DNA from: Octopus vulgaris
Lineage: Eukaryota
NCBI GenBank assembly: GCA_951406725.2
Contig: OX597836.1
Location: 31,248,001 to 31,312,000, forward strand
Length of the DNA: 64,000 nucleotides
Direction of reading: 5' to 3'
The notes below the pieces were generated by a model. That model had not been told where the DNA came from. It did no database searches and worked only from the letters and a program-made list of their open reading frames with translations. Both the position numbers and the translations under genes were made by a program. Shown here piece by piece: positions 25,691-40,118 of this stretch (its first letter is position 1; each line of letters opens with the position of its first letter).

Positions 25691-25891
25691 TCATCGTCTT
25701 CTTGTCTTGAAACAGCATTCACCCGGGGTGGGTTGAGCTGGCTTCATTCATCCTCAATGCTGCATCTCTCACAAACGCAGACCAGACCTGGCAATTTGAG
25801 GCTAACGACCGCGTGATCTCCAACCACTCTTTATTCCAGCGGTGAACGCTGTAGAATGGGGGCCTAGGTTGGGTTCCAGATCAGCCTTGAC
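25691..25891 (-). mobile_element. 3' fragment of a second RTE-like LINE family
   Basis: Minus strand translates VKADLEPNLGP(frameshift)FYSVHRWNKEWLEITRSLASNCQVWSAFVRDAALRMNEASSTHPG*, followed by a short caagacaagaag-type tail. This resembles RTE C-termini ending ...AGSTRPG*. Confidence 0.6.
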
Positions 25892-27907
25892 TGGCCAGGC
25901 CTGTGAGACAAATGGTAGATTATAATGACCTCCAAAAGTGACTGGTACTTCAGTCTATCAAACATGGAGAGATGAAAGTCAAATTTGATCCTAGCAAAAT
26001 TTGAACTCAGAATGTAAAGCAACAGAATTAAATACTGCAGGCATTTTATCCATATCCCCAACAATTCAGATAACAATAATAATTAATCTTTTCTTCTAGC
26101 TTTTGCTTTATATTTCATTTGTTATATTAATACACACACATACATACATATATACACATATATTATATACACAAAAATATATATCATACTTACACATACA
26201 CATACAAACATGCATACACATACAAACATATATACACATACATACAAATATACACACATTTATACACAGACATACAAATACTCTCGCATACCTATATAAA
26301 CACAATCACATATACATACATGCTTATACACACCATATACATATATGTATATATACACACACACATTTTTACTCAGCAACACCACAAACTCTAAGAGTTA
26401 ATAGACCAAAAAAATTTTACCCAAGTATGCCATACATCTTCCTACATAACAAACAGAGCACAACCCTTGGTGTGTGGGTGGGTGTGTGTGTGTTCACTCT
26501 AGTGTTAAATATTCTACATTTTCCAGTCAATAATCAATCCACCATTCATGTGTCTTTCCTCTTCCCTTCTAATAAAGCAACCAGCCTCACCTACTCCAGC
26601 CCACAATATATTGCAATGCAAAACAATCCATCTCCCTTCCACCACATCATCTAACATATGCCACCCCACCTCAACCTTCCATCTATCCCTTCCCACAGGA
26701 AAAAACACTTCATTTAATTTTGTTCCACTCATTTATTTTATTATGGAAGTTTCACACACAATTTTTATTCTGCTTCAGGAGATAGATAGATAGATAGATA
26801 GACAGATAGAGAGATAGATAGATAGATATCACTCCCTCTTTCTCTCTCTCTCTCTATATATATATGTTTGTGCATGTTGTGTATTCGAGTATGTGTGTGT
26901 GTGTATGTGGGGGTATATAATATAGAAACAACAGTTTGTATGTTTGCAAATGAGCATGTATGTTTACAAAACTACATCACACATATGCCTATACATATAG
27001 ACTGGCTGAATAAACCAGTAGGTGGAATTCACAAAGATGACTCTACAGGCTCTATTCTCTCTATTGAGTCAGCCCCATCAGTAAATGATCTATTGTTAGT
27101 CTTAATCTAGCATTAGAGTAATAAACTTATTTAACACTGAAATATCATCATCATTATCACCATCAACATTCAACATCCGTTTTCTATGCTGATAAATACA
27201 TAAAATCTATATACATGATACCCATAATTACAGACAGATTCATAAACACAACTATACATACATGTAGATAGATAGATATAAACATACATACATATACATA
27301 TTATATGTGCACACACAACCTACCCAACAGCATGCCAGCTCTTTCTCATCCCTCTATTTACTGTGTAATCATTTCAGTTCTGCTGCCCCCTCCCTGGTAC
27401 CAGATATCCCCTACTCCTTTCATTCTGGGCACCCTTGCTCTATTCATTCCTACTCACCTTGTATCATGAATGTCCACTCCACCACCTCATCACCAGTTCC
27501 ACACCCAACCCTCTCCTTTCAAACCTGAATAGCCATGTAGCTCCTCTTCAGCAAGAAACCTGCTTTGCTCCAGCCCTTTTCTTTCATATTTTACTCCTAT
27601 CTACTTCTTACTCTCCCCGTGTAATGTTTCCCCCACTCCACAGGCTTACAAGTTGCATTGGTACTGGTGGCACAAAACAAAAATACGCAGCACATACTGC
27701 GAAATTATTGCCATTAGGAAGAGCATCCAGCCATAGAAACCATGCCAAACAGACAGTGAAACATGACGCAGCCCTTGGGTCCATCAGATACTGTCAAACC
27801 ATCCAACCCCTGTGCCAGTATAGTACATGGATGCCAAATGATGATGATAAACACACACAAATATATTGTAAACATTTACATGCATATATACATACATATA
27901 TATATAT

Positions 27908-28144
27908 ATCATCATCATTATTTAACGTCCGTTTTCCATGCTAGCATGGGTTGGACGGTTCGACCGGGATCTGGTAAGCCATGGAGGCTGCACCAGGCTC
28001 CAGTCTGATTTGGCAGTGTTTCTACAGCTGGATGCCCTTCCTAACGCCAACCACTCCGTGAGTGCAGTGGGTGTTTTTTACGTGCCACCGGCACAGGAGC
28101 CAGAGCAGGCTGGTGAACGGCCACGATCGGTTGGTGCTTTTACG
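27908..28144 (-). mobile_element. RTE 3'-end fragment
   Basis: Same tail sequence, flanked by (TA)n. Confidence 0.8.
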
Positions 28145-28747
28145 TATATATATATATATATATATTTATATACACATACACATATATATATATATATACA
28201 TACACATATATACATATACACATATATAAACACACACACATATATATATATATACATACACATATATACATATATATATATAAAAATATCAACAGATATT
28301 TACATATATTCATACACAAACAAATCTACCATTCCATATATAGACAGATATATATATAAACAAAGCTGTAGAACCATATTGAAACACATACAGGCATACA
28401 TATCCATCATCTGCTATAAAGTCAACATTCTAAAGCTTGGTCAGGGTTGGAACCTAGCCTACACACAGCATCATAGGGGAGAGAGAGAGAGAGGTGTATG
28501 TAAATTTAGACCTGTATAAGACTTTGGAGAAAGAGATAAACATGGAACCAGTCAACAAGAGGCGATATTAAAAATGGTGTTTGTAAAATAGCACTCTAAA
28601 ATACAGTACATTAGTGAATATTTTTTCACTTTGCTTTCTCAATGCACACACAGACTTTTTTCTCTTTTTGTATTCATGCAACATATTTACTCTAGTACAA
28701 TAGGATCTGAAATATGTTGCACCCCATTTTTTTATGCCTTAACTAAA

Positions 28748-28780
<33 letters not shown>

Positions 28781-30395
28781 CAATCAGAGATGCAGGAATG
28801 GCTGTGTGGTAAGAAGTTTGCTTCCCGACCACATGGTTCCAGGTTCAGTCCCCCAGTGTGACACCTTGGGGGTAGTGCCTTCTACTATAAGCCAAGGACT
28901 GACCAAAACCTTTGTAAGTGGATTTAGTAAACAGTAACTGAAAGAAACCAGTTGTACATGTGTGTGTGTGTGTGTACTTGATAACCAGTGTTGGTGTGTT
29001 TACGTCTCTGTAACTTAGCAGTTTGGCGAAAGAGACTGATGGAACGGTGCCCCAACATAGCTGCAGTCTAACGACTGAAATAAGCAAACAAATAAATGAA
29101 TGTATATAAGACAAACAGATAAAAGATATATGTACACACTCCTCATTTTTTCTATATACTCTCTTAATAATGCTACCCTTCCCAATTTTGATCTGGATGT
29201 TTTGCATTACATTGCTACCATTATACATACAGGAAAACTGTACATAGAATATAACACAGAGTTGATCAGGTGATAATCACCAGTGTAGATTTTATACATT
29301 AACTGACAACCACCACACACACTGTCCCCATCACCTGAACCTATGAATACCCCCATCCCCAAAACCCCACACCTAGGTTCATTGAAATATCTAAAGTGAA
29401 TACCTACATTAGAATTTTGGGGTCACTGGATAGTATAATTTATGTTTGTAATCCAGAGGACAGTTGGTCACACATTTGTTGATGACAGAATAGTTAATAA
29501 CAGAAAAAATTAGGGCAGCAGGAATTATTATTACTACTAATATTAAAGTTTGAGGTCATATACACACATACAAATGTCTAGTGGTATTTAGGTACAGCCT
29601 TTTACATTCCAAGTTTGGATTCCACCAAGATCAACTTTGCATTTATTTTTCCATTGTAAATGAATTAAAATACCAGGATGGTTTTTTTAAATCAACTGTG
29701 ACCACACAGAAAAATGTGTAACCTTTTATCTTTTACTCATTTTGGTCATTGTGCAGTATGTATGGACGACAGTGATTTTACTTGGCTTGATGTGTCTTCT
29801 CAAGTACAGTTTCACTCACAAGGCATTGGGCTGAGCTGGATCTGTAATAGTAGACTCATGCCCAAGATATTACCATGCAGTGGTACAGAACCTGAAACCA
29901 AGAGATTGTTAAAACAAACTTCTTAACCACACAGCTAAGCCTGAACCTTCTGCTTAAGTTAAAAACGATTTCAGTGTAAATCTCAGCTCTCTTTTTGAAA
30001 TCTGTCTCTGTAACAGTCCCTCATTCATGGTCTTTGCAGCAATGATAAAGAATTATTATCATCATGATTTGTCAGAATCATCAAAACATTTAAGGACTAA
30101 CTGTGGCTCATGGGCCTTTCTAATGAAAAATTACCTTGCAGTTTTTTAGAAGCACCAGACAATGAGTCATGTCTCATGCAGTCCTCTTCTTGAAAAAATG
30201 CCCATACTTGCATTAGAGCAGTATTTCTCAACCATTTTTTACGTATGGGTCCCTTTGATTCTTATATTATTCAAATGGACCCTTCCTAGCCAATGTTAAA
30301 AAGTGATCCTATTGTAGTTTTATAATTAGATATTATCAGTAATTGTCTAAAAACAATTATTAAAATATTTTGTGTATGGTAGAAGTATAACCAAT

Positions 30396-30670
30396 TTATT
30401 ACCTCAGCCTTTGCTAAGGTGGAAGTATTGTTTTTAGTCATGTTAGTTTGTTTGTTTGTCCGTGGACAAAATATCTCAAGAACCATTGGATGGATTCGGA
30501 TGAAACTTCCAGAGATGTTTGGCCTTGTGACTGGCACAAACTGATTAGATTTTGGGATCGATTGGGTTGACTTTTAGTATTCTTGTTTGTGAGAGCAGTT
30601 GAGTTTATTTAAGATATTTTCATTTTAAAAATCATCTCTGGCTAATCGTTGAGAGGACGTTGGTGTTGCA
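30396..30670 (+). mobile_element. Possible Helentron-associated (HINE/DINE-like) element
   Basis: Starts ttattacctcagcctt-tgct-aaggtggaagt (subterminal inverted repeat), then (tttg)n/gtccg and atggattcggatgaaactt. It interrupts a hAT-like MITE that begins at ~30219. Confidence 0.45.
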
Positions 30671-32441
30671 CAAGGAATGTATTAGCTTGATGCACGGTGA
30701 AAAGTGAGTTTGATGTTCCAAGCATAACTCTTCATTGGAAAGGAGAAAGGGAAAAGTCTCTCTTTTCACCAAGCATCAACCTAATACACTCCTTATGCAC
30801 ATCCTCATGTTGTCCATTCAATTTGTTTGTTTATTTGAATTGACTATATACATATATATATGCAGCACAAAGTTTTGTCAGTGAACAGGTCGCGGTCTCA
30901 AAGCAACGGAAATATTTTGACAAATTAAATTTAAATGTTGAAGTGAATCTAACGGTTTTTGTGTGTTTCCTAAATGGCTTATAAACACCTTCCATGCTGC
31001 AATTGTTTTCGTTCCAGCATACGATCTCAGATCAAGTCACTCGCTATGCAAGTACATCTCTGTAATATATATATATATATACACACACACACATGCACAC
31101 ACACACACTAACACATATGCACAAGATGGGTTCTTTTCAACTTCTGTCTACAAAATCCACTCACAAGGCTTTGGGGGTCTGTCAATATTCATAAAATTAC
31201 AAGATACACCAATGGAAAATGGAAGAAAAAAAAATCTATTTAAAAATTTTAATTTTACTGATGCCACACTGCCTTTACCATAACCAGGAACCTATACTAA
31301 AAGTTTGTAGCTATAAAAAGGAAATTTAACTAAATAGTAAATAAGTTTGTAGATGAAATGAAGGGCATTTGCAAAATAGCAAAAACTGAAGAATGTAGAA
31401 GTAACCTTTTTTTTTTTCCTAAACTGGTCAAACTTGTTTAGAATAAAAACTTCCAGATGGTAGTGCTCTGATTTAAGAAGAAAATCTGCAAAAATTTGAT
31501 GTCGGTGCCGAGGTTTACATTTCTATTTATATTCAGGTTCACAGAAAATATCTTAAACAAAATACACAGATAAATTGTAGAGAAAAGATAAAAGAATCAG
31601 TAACGGTTGCTTGTCACGACTATCACCTCTCACTTGTCGTGATATATATATATACACACATATATTCTGGCATTAAAAGTACAAACAAGCCAGCCAGAGT
31701 GTCTCTCTTTGGTCCATGATATTAGCAGTTAAATCTTCCTCAAATCATACAATGCTATCGTTAACCCTATTGCATTTAAACTGACCATATCCAGCCCAAA
31801 TATTCTACTTGTTTTATGTTCAAACCGATCAGATTTGGCCTATCACACCTATCCGACAATGTCTTTCTAAAAATAAGCAATGACATCATTGAAATCCTGG
31901 AGCCATGAGATAATGCTTGATTAATTCAAAGCAATGTGAATAAATAAGGATTCCATTTGACAGAGTGATCTGAATGCTGAAGGAAACGTTGGATGAAATG
32001 ATGTAGTCACTGATATATGCATAAAGTGACAGGATGGCCACAGCTGGAGATCCTCTGATATTACGTTTGCTCAAGTAGGGCTAACTTACAGCTAAATAAT
32101 ACCAACAAAGGACAGAGAGCCTATATGGCAGTTAAACATGGAAGAAAAGCAACAAAAACTCTCTCAAATCACAAACCACCATTTCAAATGGTTTCAAATT
32201 TTAGCAATTTTAAGGGAGCAGTTAGCTGATTGATAACATCAATCCTGATGTTCAGCTGGTAAATATTTTATCAACTTCTGAAAGGATGAAGGGCAAAGTC
32301 AACTGTGGTGGAATCTGAACTCAGAATGTGAAGCCAACAAAGCAAAGTGACAGAAAAAAGAAAAAAAATTTTTTTTAAATCACCACTAAGTATTTTGCCC
32401 AACATACTAACAGTACTACTAGCTTGCCACCTTGCTACTAT

Positions 32442-32670
32442 TTAACCCTTTAGTGTTCGCATTATTCTGCCAAAATTAATTTTTTTTTATCCAAATTGTT
32501 TTGAACTAATCATGCATTATCTTGTAGCTATGAGATTTTAATGAGATAGCTGTTAATTTTTAAAACGATATTGTAAGGTTGGTGTGAGAGGCCAGATATG
32601 GCCGGTTTGAACATAAAACAGGCAGAATACTTTTGGCCGGATATGGCAGGTTTAAATGCTAAAGGGTTAA
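32442..32670. mobile_element. Second TTAA-flanked MITE family, representative copy
   Basis: TTAA|CCCTTTAG ... CTAAAGGG|TTAA. Related copies at ~24884-25110, 25140-25524, 31761-31985, 45346-45763, 58915-59360 and 61984-62408 (tandem). Confidence 0.7.
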
Positions 32671-33000
32671 ATAAACGGAAGGACACATAAGCAACGCATT
32701 GTGGGCATATGACACTGCTTGGGAAAATGAAATGGTCACAGCTGGAATTGCCTTTGATCATGACATTGCTTGATCAGGGCTAACTTGGGGGACCAAAAAG
32801 AAAATACAGCAACAAAGTGAAGAACACATCTGACAACAGTCTTCAAAAAACAAAACTACAGGGTGGCTCCTACTGGGGCACCTTTGATGAGAGGTCTGCC
32901 TGTTAGATCAGAACTCAACTTAGATTAAAACAGCAGCATGAGAAAACCAATAAGGAAATATGTGGATGAAAACCTCTCTGGGGATATATATATACATATA

Positions 33001-33847
33001 CAGGGTGACCCAAAAATCATAGAGGGGTCTAAAAGTTTAATAAATTTGTTTTAATTACACTTTTTGTATTTGTAATTCACAAAACATGACTCTTCCCTAC
33101 ATAAATTTAAAAAATATATAATTAAGATTCAGTTGAAGTAAGTACTTAAATTGAGGCGCTTTGCTAGTTCGGTATAATCTGCACACCCTAACAATATTAT
33201 TTGAATATTGAATATCAAGACCTGTGTGTAGGGGTATTTGTACCCAATATTCCTGTCGTGTGTGTAGACAACGCAACCCAGCTAAGTGAAGATATCTGCT
33301 CTTGGTAATTCAGACGTACTTTTTATAAAGGTACTTTCTATAGTATTTCTGAAGTGCAGATTCCAAGTTAGGTGAACTAAATATAAATAAGTAACATAGA
33401 TATACAGTTGTCAATTCATTACAGCTGTAATGAACTGACATCTGTACATCTATGTTACTTGCCCAGTGGTTAGGGCAGTGGACTTGTTTCGATTCCCAGA
33501 CCGAGCATTGTGAGTGTTTATTGAGCAAAAACACCTAAAGCTCCACGAGGCTCTGGCAAGGGGTGGTGGCGATCCTTGCTGTACTCTTTCGCCACAACTT
33601 TCTCTCACTTTCTTCTGTTGGCCTGTTTGCTTAGCCAGCGGGGTGGCGTCATTTGAAGGCTAAAACAATGCGAAGTGCATTGTGACCAGCGATGTGTAGC
33701 AACATCTGATAGCCTGGTCGGTCACGGTGATCACAATGACGTATGTATATATATATATATATACATATACTGTATGTGGTGCTAAGTCATAAATTTAAAA
33801 CAGCATAAATGAATTATTAACACTTTTGTGACTTTTGGGCCACCCTG
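33001..33847. mobile_element. Tc1/mariner-type non-autonomous element with a nested SINE (~33460-33740)
   Basis: TA|CAGGGTGACCCAAAAATCA ... TGACTTTTGGGCCACCCTG|TA gives terminal inverted repeats with a TA TSD. Confidence 0.75.
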
Positions 33848-34569
33848 TACAAACAAACACACATATCATTTGTTATCATCATTTAATGTCTGTTTTCCAT
33901 ACTGGCATGGGCTGGACGGTTTGACAGGACTGGACCAGGCTCTGTTGTCCGTCTTGGCATGGTTTCTATGGCTGGATACCCTTCCTAATGCTCTCTCTCT
34001 CTCTCTCTACCTCTCTATATCTATATATATATAAATAATACATGTGCGCACACACAAAATAAATACAAAACACAGGCACACACATACACAGAGTTTTGAC
34101 AATGGTAATCAACTGTTATTACCTGACCGACATCTAGCATTATAAAATTTGAGCATCCATGCAAGCTAGAACACTCTTTAATTAACACTAAACAACCAGT
34201 GTCGCAACAAAGCTTGGAATTTTTGTTTAGATTGCTAGGAAGGCCATCAAAATAGTGGGGTACTAAAAACAAGGAATAGAGGGTAGGGGAAGGGCAAGGC
34301 AGAGATGATGGGGCAGGTGATAGTGGCATGTTACTAGTTGGCTCTATCAGTTTAAATGTATAAATGAACCAAAATCAGGACAAACTATTGATTTTTTTTT
34401 TCTTTTCTATTTTGCCTTTTGTTGTTGTTGTTGGTGGTGGTAGTGGTGTTGTTGATGGTCTATGAAACAAAAATAATTGTTGTGTAGTGTAAGTTTACAC
34501 GAAGATTGTTTAAATTAGCTATGTAGTTTACTAACTGAGCAAACACCATGTCAATACATATTGAGTTGT

Positions 34570-34925
34570 TTATCTGTCCATCAATCAGTCTGTGTAGCCA
34601 TGTAACTATCAATCCATTTGTCTATCAATTGACCTGTGTATCAATCAATCTACTGGTATATCAATCAATCTATCTCTCTATCAATTGATGTACCTACCTA
34701 TCTGCCTCTCAATCAGTCAAGCTATCAATCAACTAACCCCTCTGTCTATCAATCAATCAATCTGTCTGCCTATCAATCAATCAATCTGCCTATCAACTAG
34801 TCTGCCTATCAATCAATCAATCTGCCTATCAACCAGTCTGCCTATCAATCAATCAATCTGCCTATCAATCAACCAGTCTGCCTATCAATCAACCAATCTG
34901 TCTATCAATCAGCCAGTCTGCCTAT
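34570..34925 (+). repeat. Compound (TCAA)/(CTAT)/(TCTG) micro/minisatellite
   Basis: Units tctgcctatcaatcaatcaa alternate with tctgcctatcaac(c/t)ag. Confidence 0.85.
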
Positions 34926-36985
34926 AGTAAGAACCCAGTGTCAACTTTCAGAGACCATCCATGTGTATAATCATCACATTATATAAACAAGGATATCAAC
35001 TCAAAGAATAATATCTGTACAGAAGCCTCCTCCTCCAGTTCTTTGCATTTTTCTCTTTGGCAGTTCTTTGTTTACTTGGTTGGGTTGGTTTGGACAGTTG
35101 ACATCACCCATAAAATACGACGACCATTAAAAGCATCAAAAGGTGAAACTTGAGGTCCGAGTTAATCAATATTACCAATGATTTTAAGGCAGCAAGTTGG
35201 CAGAATCGACTAATCCTCTCCCACCAATAATCCTTGTGCCTAAAGCAGAAAGGATTATCAGAACCATTAAGCATACTGGGCAAGATGCTCGCCAGCATTT
35301 TGTTCATCTTTACACTGTAAGTTCAAATTCCACCAAGGTTGACTTTGTTTTTCATCCTTTCAGGGGTCAAGGAAATAAGTACCAGTTGCACACTGGGCTG
35401 ATGTAACTGATTAGCCCTGCCTCTCCTAAAAAAATCCCAGGTATTTTGCTTATAACAGAAAGGATTATTATAATTACTGATGACAGTAGGTTCTAGATTA
35501 GTACAGCACCAGGAATAAAGAACAAACTTCATTGAAGTATTTAATTATAGTACTTTATGTATTGTTTATTGTTTTGTCCATTGGAGATTGAGGTCTTCAG
35601 ATCTGCTTAGTGCTACATTCCAGTCACTAACATCTGTTATCCATCCTACCCCCACTGTCTCCCTGCTTGCAACTCAAGGCCCTCCTTAAACTAGTTATTT
35701 GCTCAGGCCTCTTTCATATGAAAGGGGTAAGAGTTGTCAGGTTTTATGAGAAGTGTCAACTGTGCCAACCAACCCAAATAAATAATGGACTATCAGGGGA
35801 GGGGGAAAAGAAAAAAAGAAAAAAGAAAAAATGAGAAAGGGAAGAGGTTTCTGTAGAAATATTATTCTTTCAGTTGATACCCTTGTTTAATGGACTAATT
35901 AAAGCAGAATGAACTGATTGTCAGATGTTGAAATAGGAAAGAGAATTTAATGTGAGTGACCCTTCACTTCCTTCTGACAGAAGAAATAAGGAGTGGCAGT
36001 AGCATGCAGAGAGTGGGAAATGGGAATATTTTGGAGATATTCATCAATGAATTTTGGGCAAAATAATTTTGCTATGGCAACTAAATTAACAACAGAGTAT
36101 GGAATAAAGAGTAAAGAAGACTTATTTACATTAATATAGTAAATATAGAAGACAGTGTAGCTGAATTACACACACATACTACTAGTAAATGGAACTTCTT
36201 TGGTTTTGACAATTAATATTCCAACTGTTTGATCAAATGATCTATTCCAGACACAGGCAACCTTTGGTAAGAAGCAGGCCACATGAGACATGGTTCATCA
36301 ACAGGCGGGTCGCACCACTAAAAAAATTCAAGGCAATTTTTCATTGGTGTGTCTTTCAAAAAGTCCCATGGGGCAGTTTGACAATTACTGGTCTACTCTC
36401 TAACATGTAGTGTAAATAAGCTGAGTATTCCAATAATATGCAGATCCTCAATAACAGCTGGTGGATCTTGTTAAATTTCTTCCAACCACTGAAAATCACA
36501 CAACTTTAAAGTTCTTGAAACAGAGTAACATTAAAAATTTTAAAAAATAATAATAATCTGAGAAAATTTGAAAACTTCAAATGGTTGGAAGAAATTTAAC
36601 AAGGCCCCAGCTGGCAGACTGTTATTAAGGATGCAGAATTTACTGTCTACCCAATATCATTCACACAACTTGGAGCAACATGAAGCTACATGGTAAAAAA
36701 AAGACTTGCCCAAGATGCTATGTGGTGGGATCAAACTCAGGATTTTGTGACTGCCAAGAGAAATTCTAAACCAAGTTGGTAGAATATCAGTTTATTACAG
36801 GAATCTTGATTTTATATGACTTGAGGGTCCAGGAGTTAGAGATTCTCTGCAAGTGTACTTCAATTTGATGGTGCTGTCCCAAACTACAGCCTTGAACTAG
36901 TAAAATGTTAAGAGTAATGATTCCATGTCTGTATATATGTATGTCTGTGTTTACTTATAATTGCACATGTTTATACATGCATATC

Positions 36986-37017
<32 letters not shown>

Positions 37018-37093
37018 GATGATATATAGTTTACGCATAAACATATTTATATATGCATGTGCTTATGTATAAACATACAGATTTATGTGTGTG

Positions 37094-37144
<51 letters not shown>

Positions 37145-37801
37145 TATAAATAAATAATACTCATCAACATGTAGAGAACTGTGTATAGATATGTGTGTTC
37201 TTTCATGGGTTAGCGTGTGTGTGTGTGTGTTCTATACTAATACAGTCAAGTTCCTTTTCACCAGGCCGAGAGAGCCCCTATATGGTCGCTCAAACTGCTA
37301 GAAACAGCAGTCAATCATCCCTAAAATTACGACAGGACATTAATGTAATTAGTTGTACAGGCCTGCGAAAAGGAAGACCAGCGATGCGTTCAAATCATAG
37401 ATTTACTTGATCATGGTTAACGAATGGGGTAAATAATAACAATTCCCTTTTAGAAAATAAAAAATAAAAACAACAACAAAAATGGTACTATAACAACAAA
37501 CAAGCAAATAGAAGACAAAAATGGTCACCTTTTGTTGTCAACATTGTCCAAATGGTCAGAGTTGGTATGCATACCATGTTTACATGACATATCCATCACT
37601 GCGTGCAGAAGTTTTATACACATAACACAATGTTGTGTGAGTGTGTGTGTATGTATGTGTGTGTGTGTTAGCGTGCAAATATATAAATATATATATGGAA
37701 CTGTTGTGAGGTGTGTGGGCCTATAGGGGGACCAGAGATGCTTCCTTGGGGTGGGGTGGGGTGGGTGAAATAGTGGCAAATATCAGGGAGTCATGTTTCA
37801 C

Positions 37802-37827
37802 CTCCAATAGATGTGGTCCCACCGCAT
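37802..37827 (-). CDS. Candidate short alternative first coding exon of the cytohesin gene
   Basis: ttaaaaATG CGG TGG GAC CAC ATC TAT TGG AG|gtgaaa gives MRWDHIYW+AG, ending in phase 2. The start context is A-rich and a promoter-like region lies upstream. The donor is only moderately strong. Confidence 0.45.
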
Positions 37828-37959
37828 TTTTAAGATCCTGGTTAAAATATCTCCAGCCTCAAAAACAGAAGCAATTGGTGTGTTTGCCTTCGTTTTTTTT
37901 CTTCTTTTTTTTTGTCTTTTAATATAAGGAGGAGGTGGGATATCCAGAGAGCTAAACTC

Positions 37960-38200
37960 CTGGCTGCTAGCTAGCTAGCCTGCTGTTGTACTGACACTGA
38001 TGTGAGTGTGAGCGCGCGCGAGAGAGTGTACTCTCTCTCTTTCTCTCTGTCTCTCTCGTTCACACACACATACACACGCTTGAGTGTATGTGTATGCATG
38101 TGTGTGCACAGGCACGCGTGTAAATTCACACACACACACACACACACACAGACCCAGCTAACCTGCTGTTGTACAGACTGTATATATACTTACACATACA
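37960..38200 (-). promoter_or_regulatory. Putative core promoter for the 37827 exon
   Basis: Two minus-strand TCAGT initiator-like motifs at 37990-37994 and 37996-38000, a CpG cluster (gcgcgcgcg) and GA tracts. The motif gcta(g/a)cctgctgttgtac(t/a)gac occurs twice (~37974 and ~38157). A CACGTG lies at ~38535. Confidence 0.35.
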
Positions 38201-38711
38201 CACATGAGCTACCTCCTTTTTCCTCTAGATCCTGACACACAACTGGCTCCTCTCCCCACTCTCGCTCTCCCTCTCTCTCTCACACACACATCAATCTTCC
38301 CCCACTCTCTCAATCCCTCTCACATAGCAAACTCCTCCCTCTCTTTCACATATAGTAACCCCCCCGCCCCCCTCTCTCTCTCTCTCTGAAACACACACCA
38401 ATAACCACCAACCAAGCCTATATCATTATTAGAAAACTTCTATAGTAATTAAAAGAAACAACACAAACTCCACACCAGTCACATTAGTATGTGTTGTATT
38501 TACAATAAAATGTTCAACATTTCCCACTAATTGGCACGTGGCTCATTAGCTAACTGTGCTGAGTTCAATACAACCCATGGAAAGGAATTCGAGAAAGTAA
38601 CCTATGATAAGGACCGTAAAATGCTATTCAGGAGAATAAATCTCTTTCGGCTGCCACAAAAAAAAAAAAAAAAATCAAATACAGATTCTGAGACATTTTT
38701 TTTGTTTTTAA

Positions 38712-38935
38712 AATTCGTGTCAGTCATTTGACTGCGGCCATGCTGGGACACTGCCTTGAAAGATTTTAGTCAAACAAATTGACCCCAGGATGGTTTTTTT
38801 TTAAAGCCTGGTACTCATTCTATCAGTCTCCTTTTGTCAAACTGCTAGGCTATGGGGATATAAACACACCAACACTGGTTGTCAAGTGGTGAAAGTGGAA
38901 AAAACACAGACATAAAGACACACAAATGTATTTTA

Positions 38936-38976
<41 letters not shown>

Positions 38977-39135
38977 GAAGGGCTTCTTTCAGTGTCTGTC
39001 TACCAAATCTACTCACAAGGTTTTGGTCGGGCTGAGACTATAGTAAAAGGCACTCACCCAAGGTGCCATGCAGCGGGACTGAACCCAGAACCATGTAGTT
39101 AGAAAGCAAGCTTCTTACCACACAGCCATGCCTGT
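38712..39135 (-). mobile_element. Full-length copy of the bipartite SINE
   Basis: Reverse complement of the same family. Other minus-strand copies at ~5686-5840, 22682-22840, 39290-39665, 41575-41870, 44725-45130, 50730-51520 and 56284-56390. Confidence 0.85.
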
Positions 39136-39218
39136 GCTTGATTGTCATGATGATGAGGGAGAGAGAGGGGAGAGAGAGGGGGAGAGAGAGGGAGAAGGGA
39201 GAGAGAGGAAAGACACAG

Positions 39219-39266
<48 letters not shown>

Positions 39267-40118
39267 AAGATTGTTCAACTTATTTATCTTGTCTTTTACT
39301 TGTTTCAGTCAGTGGTCATACTGGAGCACCAGCTTCAAAGGGTTAATCGAACGCATTGCCCTCACTGGTTTTTTCTATTTTTAAGTCACTTTTGCCAAAC
39401 TGCTAAGTTACAGGGACGTAAACAAACCAACAGTAGTTGTCAAGCAGTGATGAGACACATTAGAGACAGCAGGCTTCTTTCAATTTCCATCTAGCAAGTC
39501 CACTCACAAGACTCTGATCAGCCTGGGTCTATAATAGAAGAGACTGAGACACAACTCAGATGAGTTCAGTCCCACTATCAAGTCACTACCAAGTGTCTTA
39601 GAAGTGGGATTGAACCCAAGACAACAAGGTAGTGAAGCAAACTTCTTAACCACACAGCCATGCTTGCACTGGGATAACTACTTAACGTTGAGTGAATATT
39701 GAGGTAAACAGTATATATGGCGGGTGGGTGGGTGGATACTGGGGTAAACTAGTTTGTGACCCTGTAAATAATGTAGCAAACAAGTGGGGTTTTTGTCTGC
39801 TCACTGATAGTTGACAAAATAACTCAGTGATACAAAGGTCAGAATAGGAATCAATTAGAATAATGAAATAAGTACGTCTTTTCATTACCAGCTCATTACT
39901 TTTACATCAGTGGCTAATAAATTAATTACAATTTCTTTATATTATCCAGAAATGGTTTATGTCTTTTTTCTTTTCCTTTTTTCGGTCTTTTCTGGTATTA
40001 TTTACGGTTTTAGATGTATAGAAATGATTAGTGGTGTCACAATGACACAAAACTGCTCAATGATAGAACAGAAAGCTCTTTGAAGTTGTTCATATAAGAA
40101 AAATGTATGCTTTGTCTA

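Noticed and set aside
36444-36632. Imperfect ~45-bp inverted repeat (possible pre-miRNA)
   Set aside because: The loop is ~90 nt and AT-rich, which fits an old MITE better than a miRNA hairpin.
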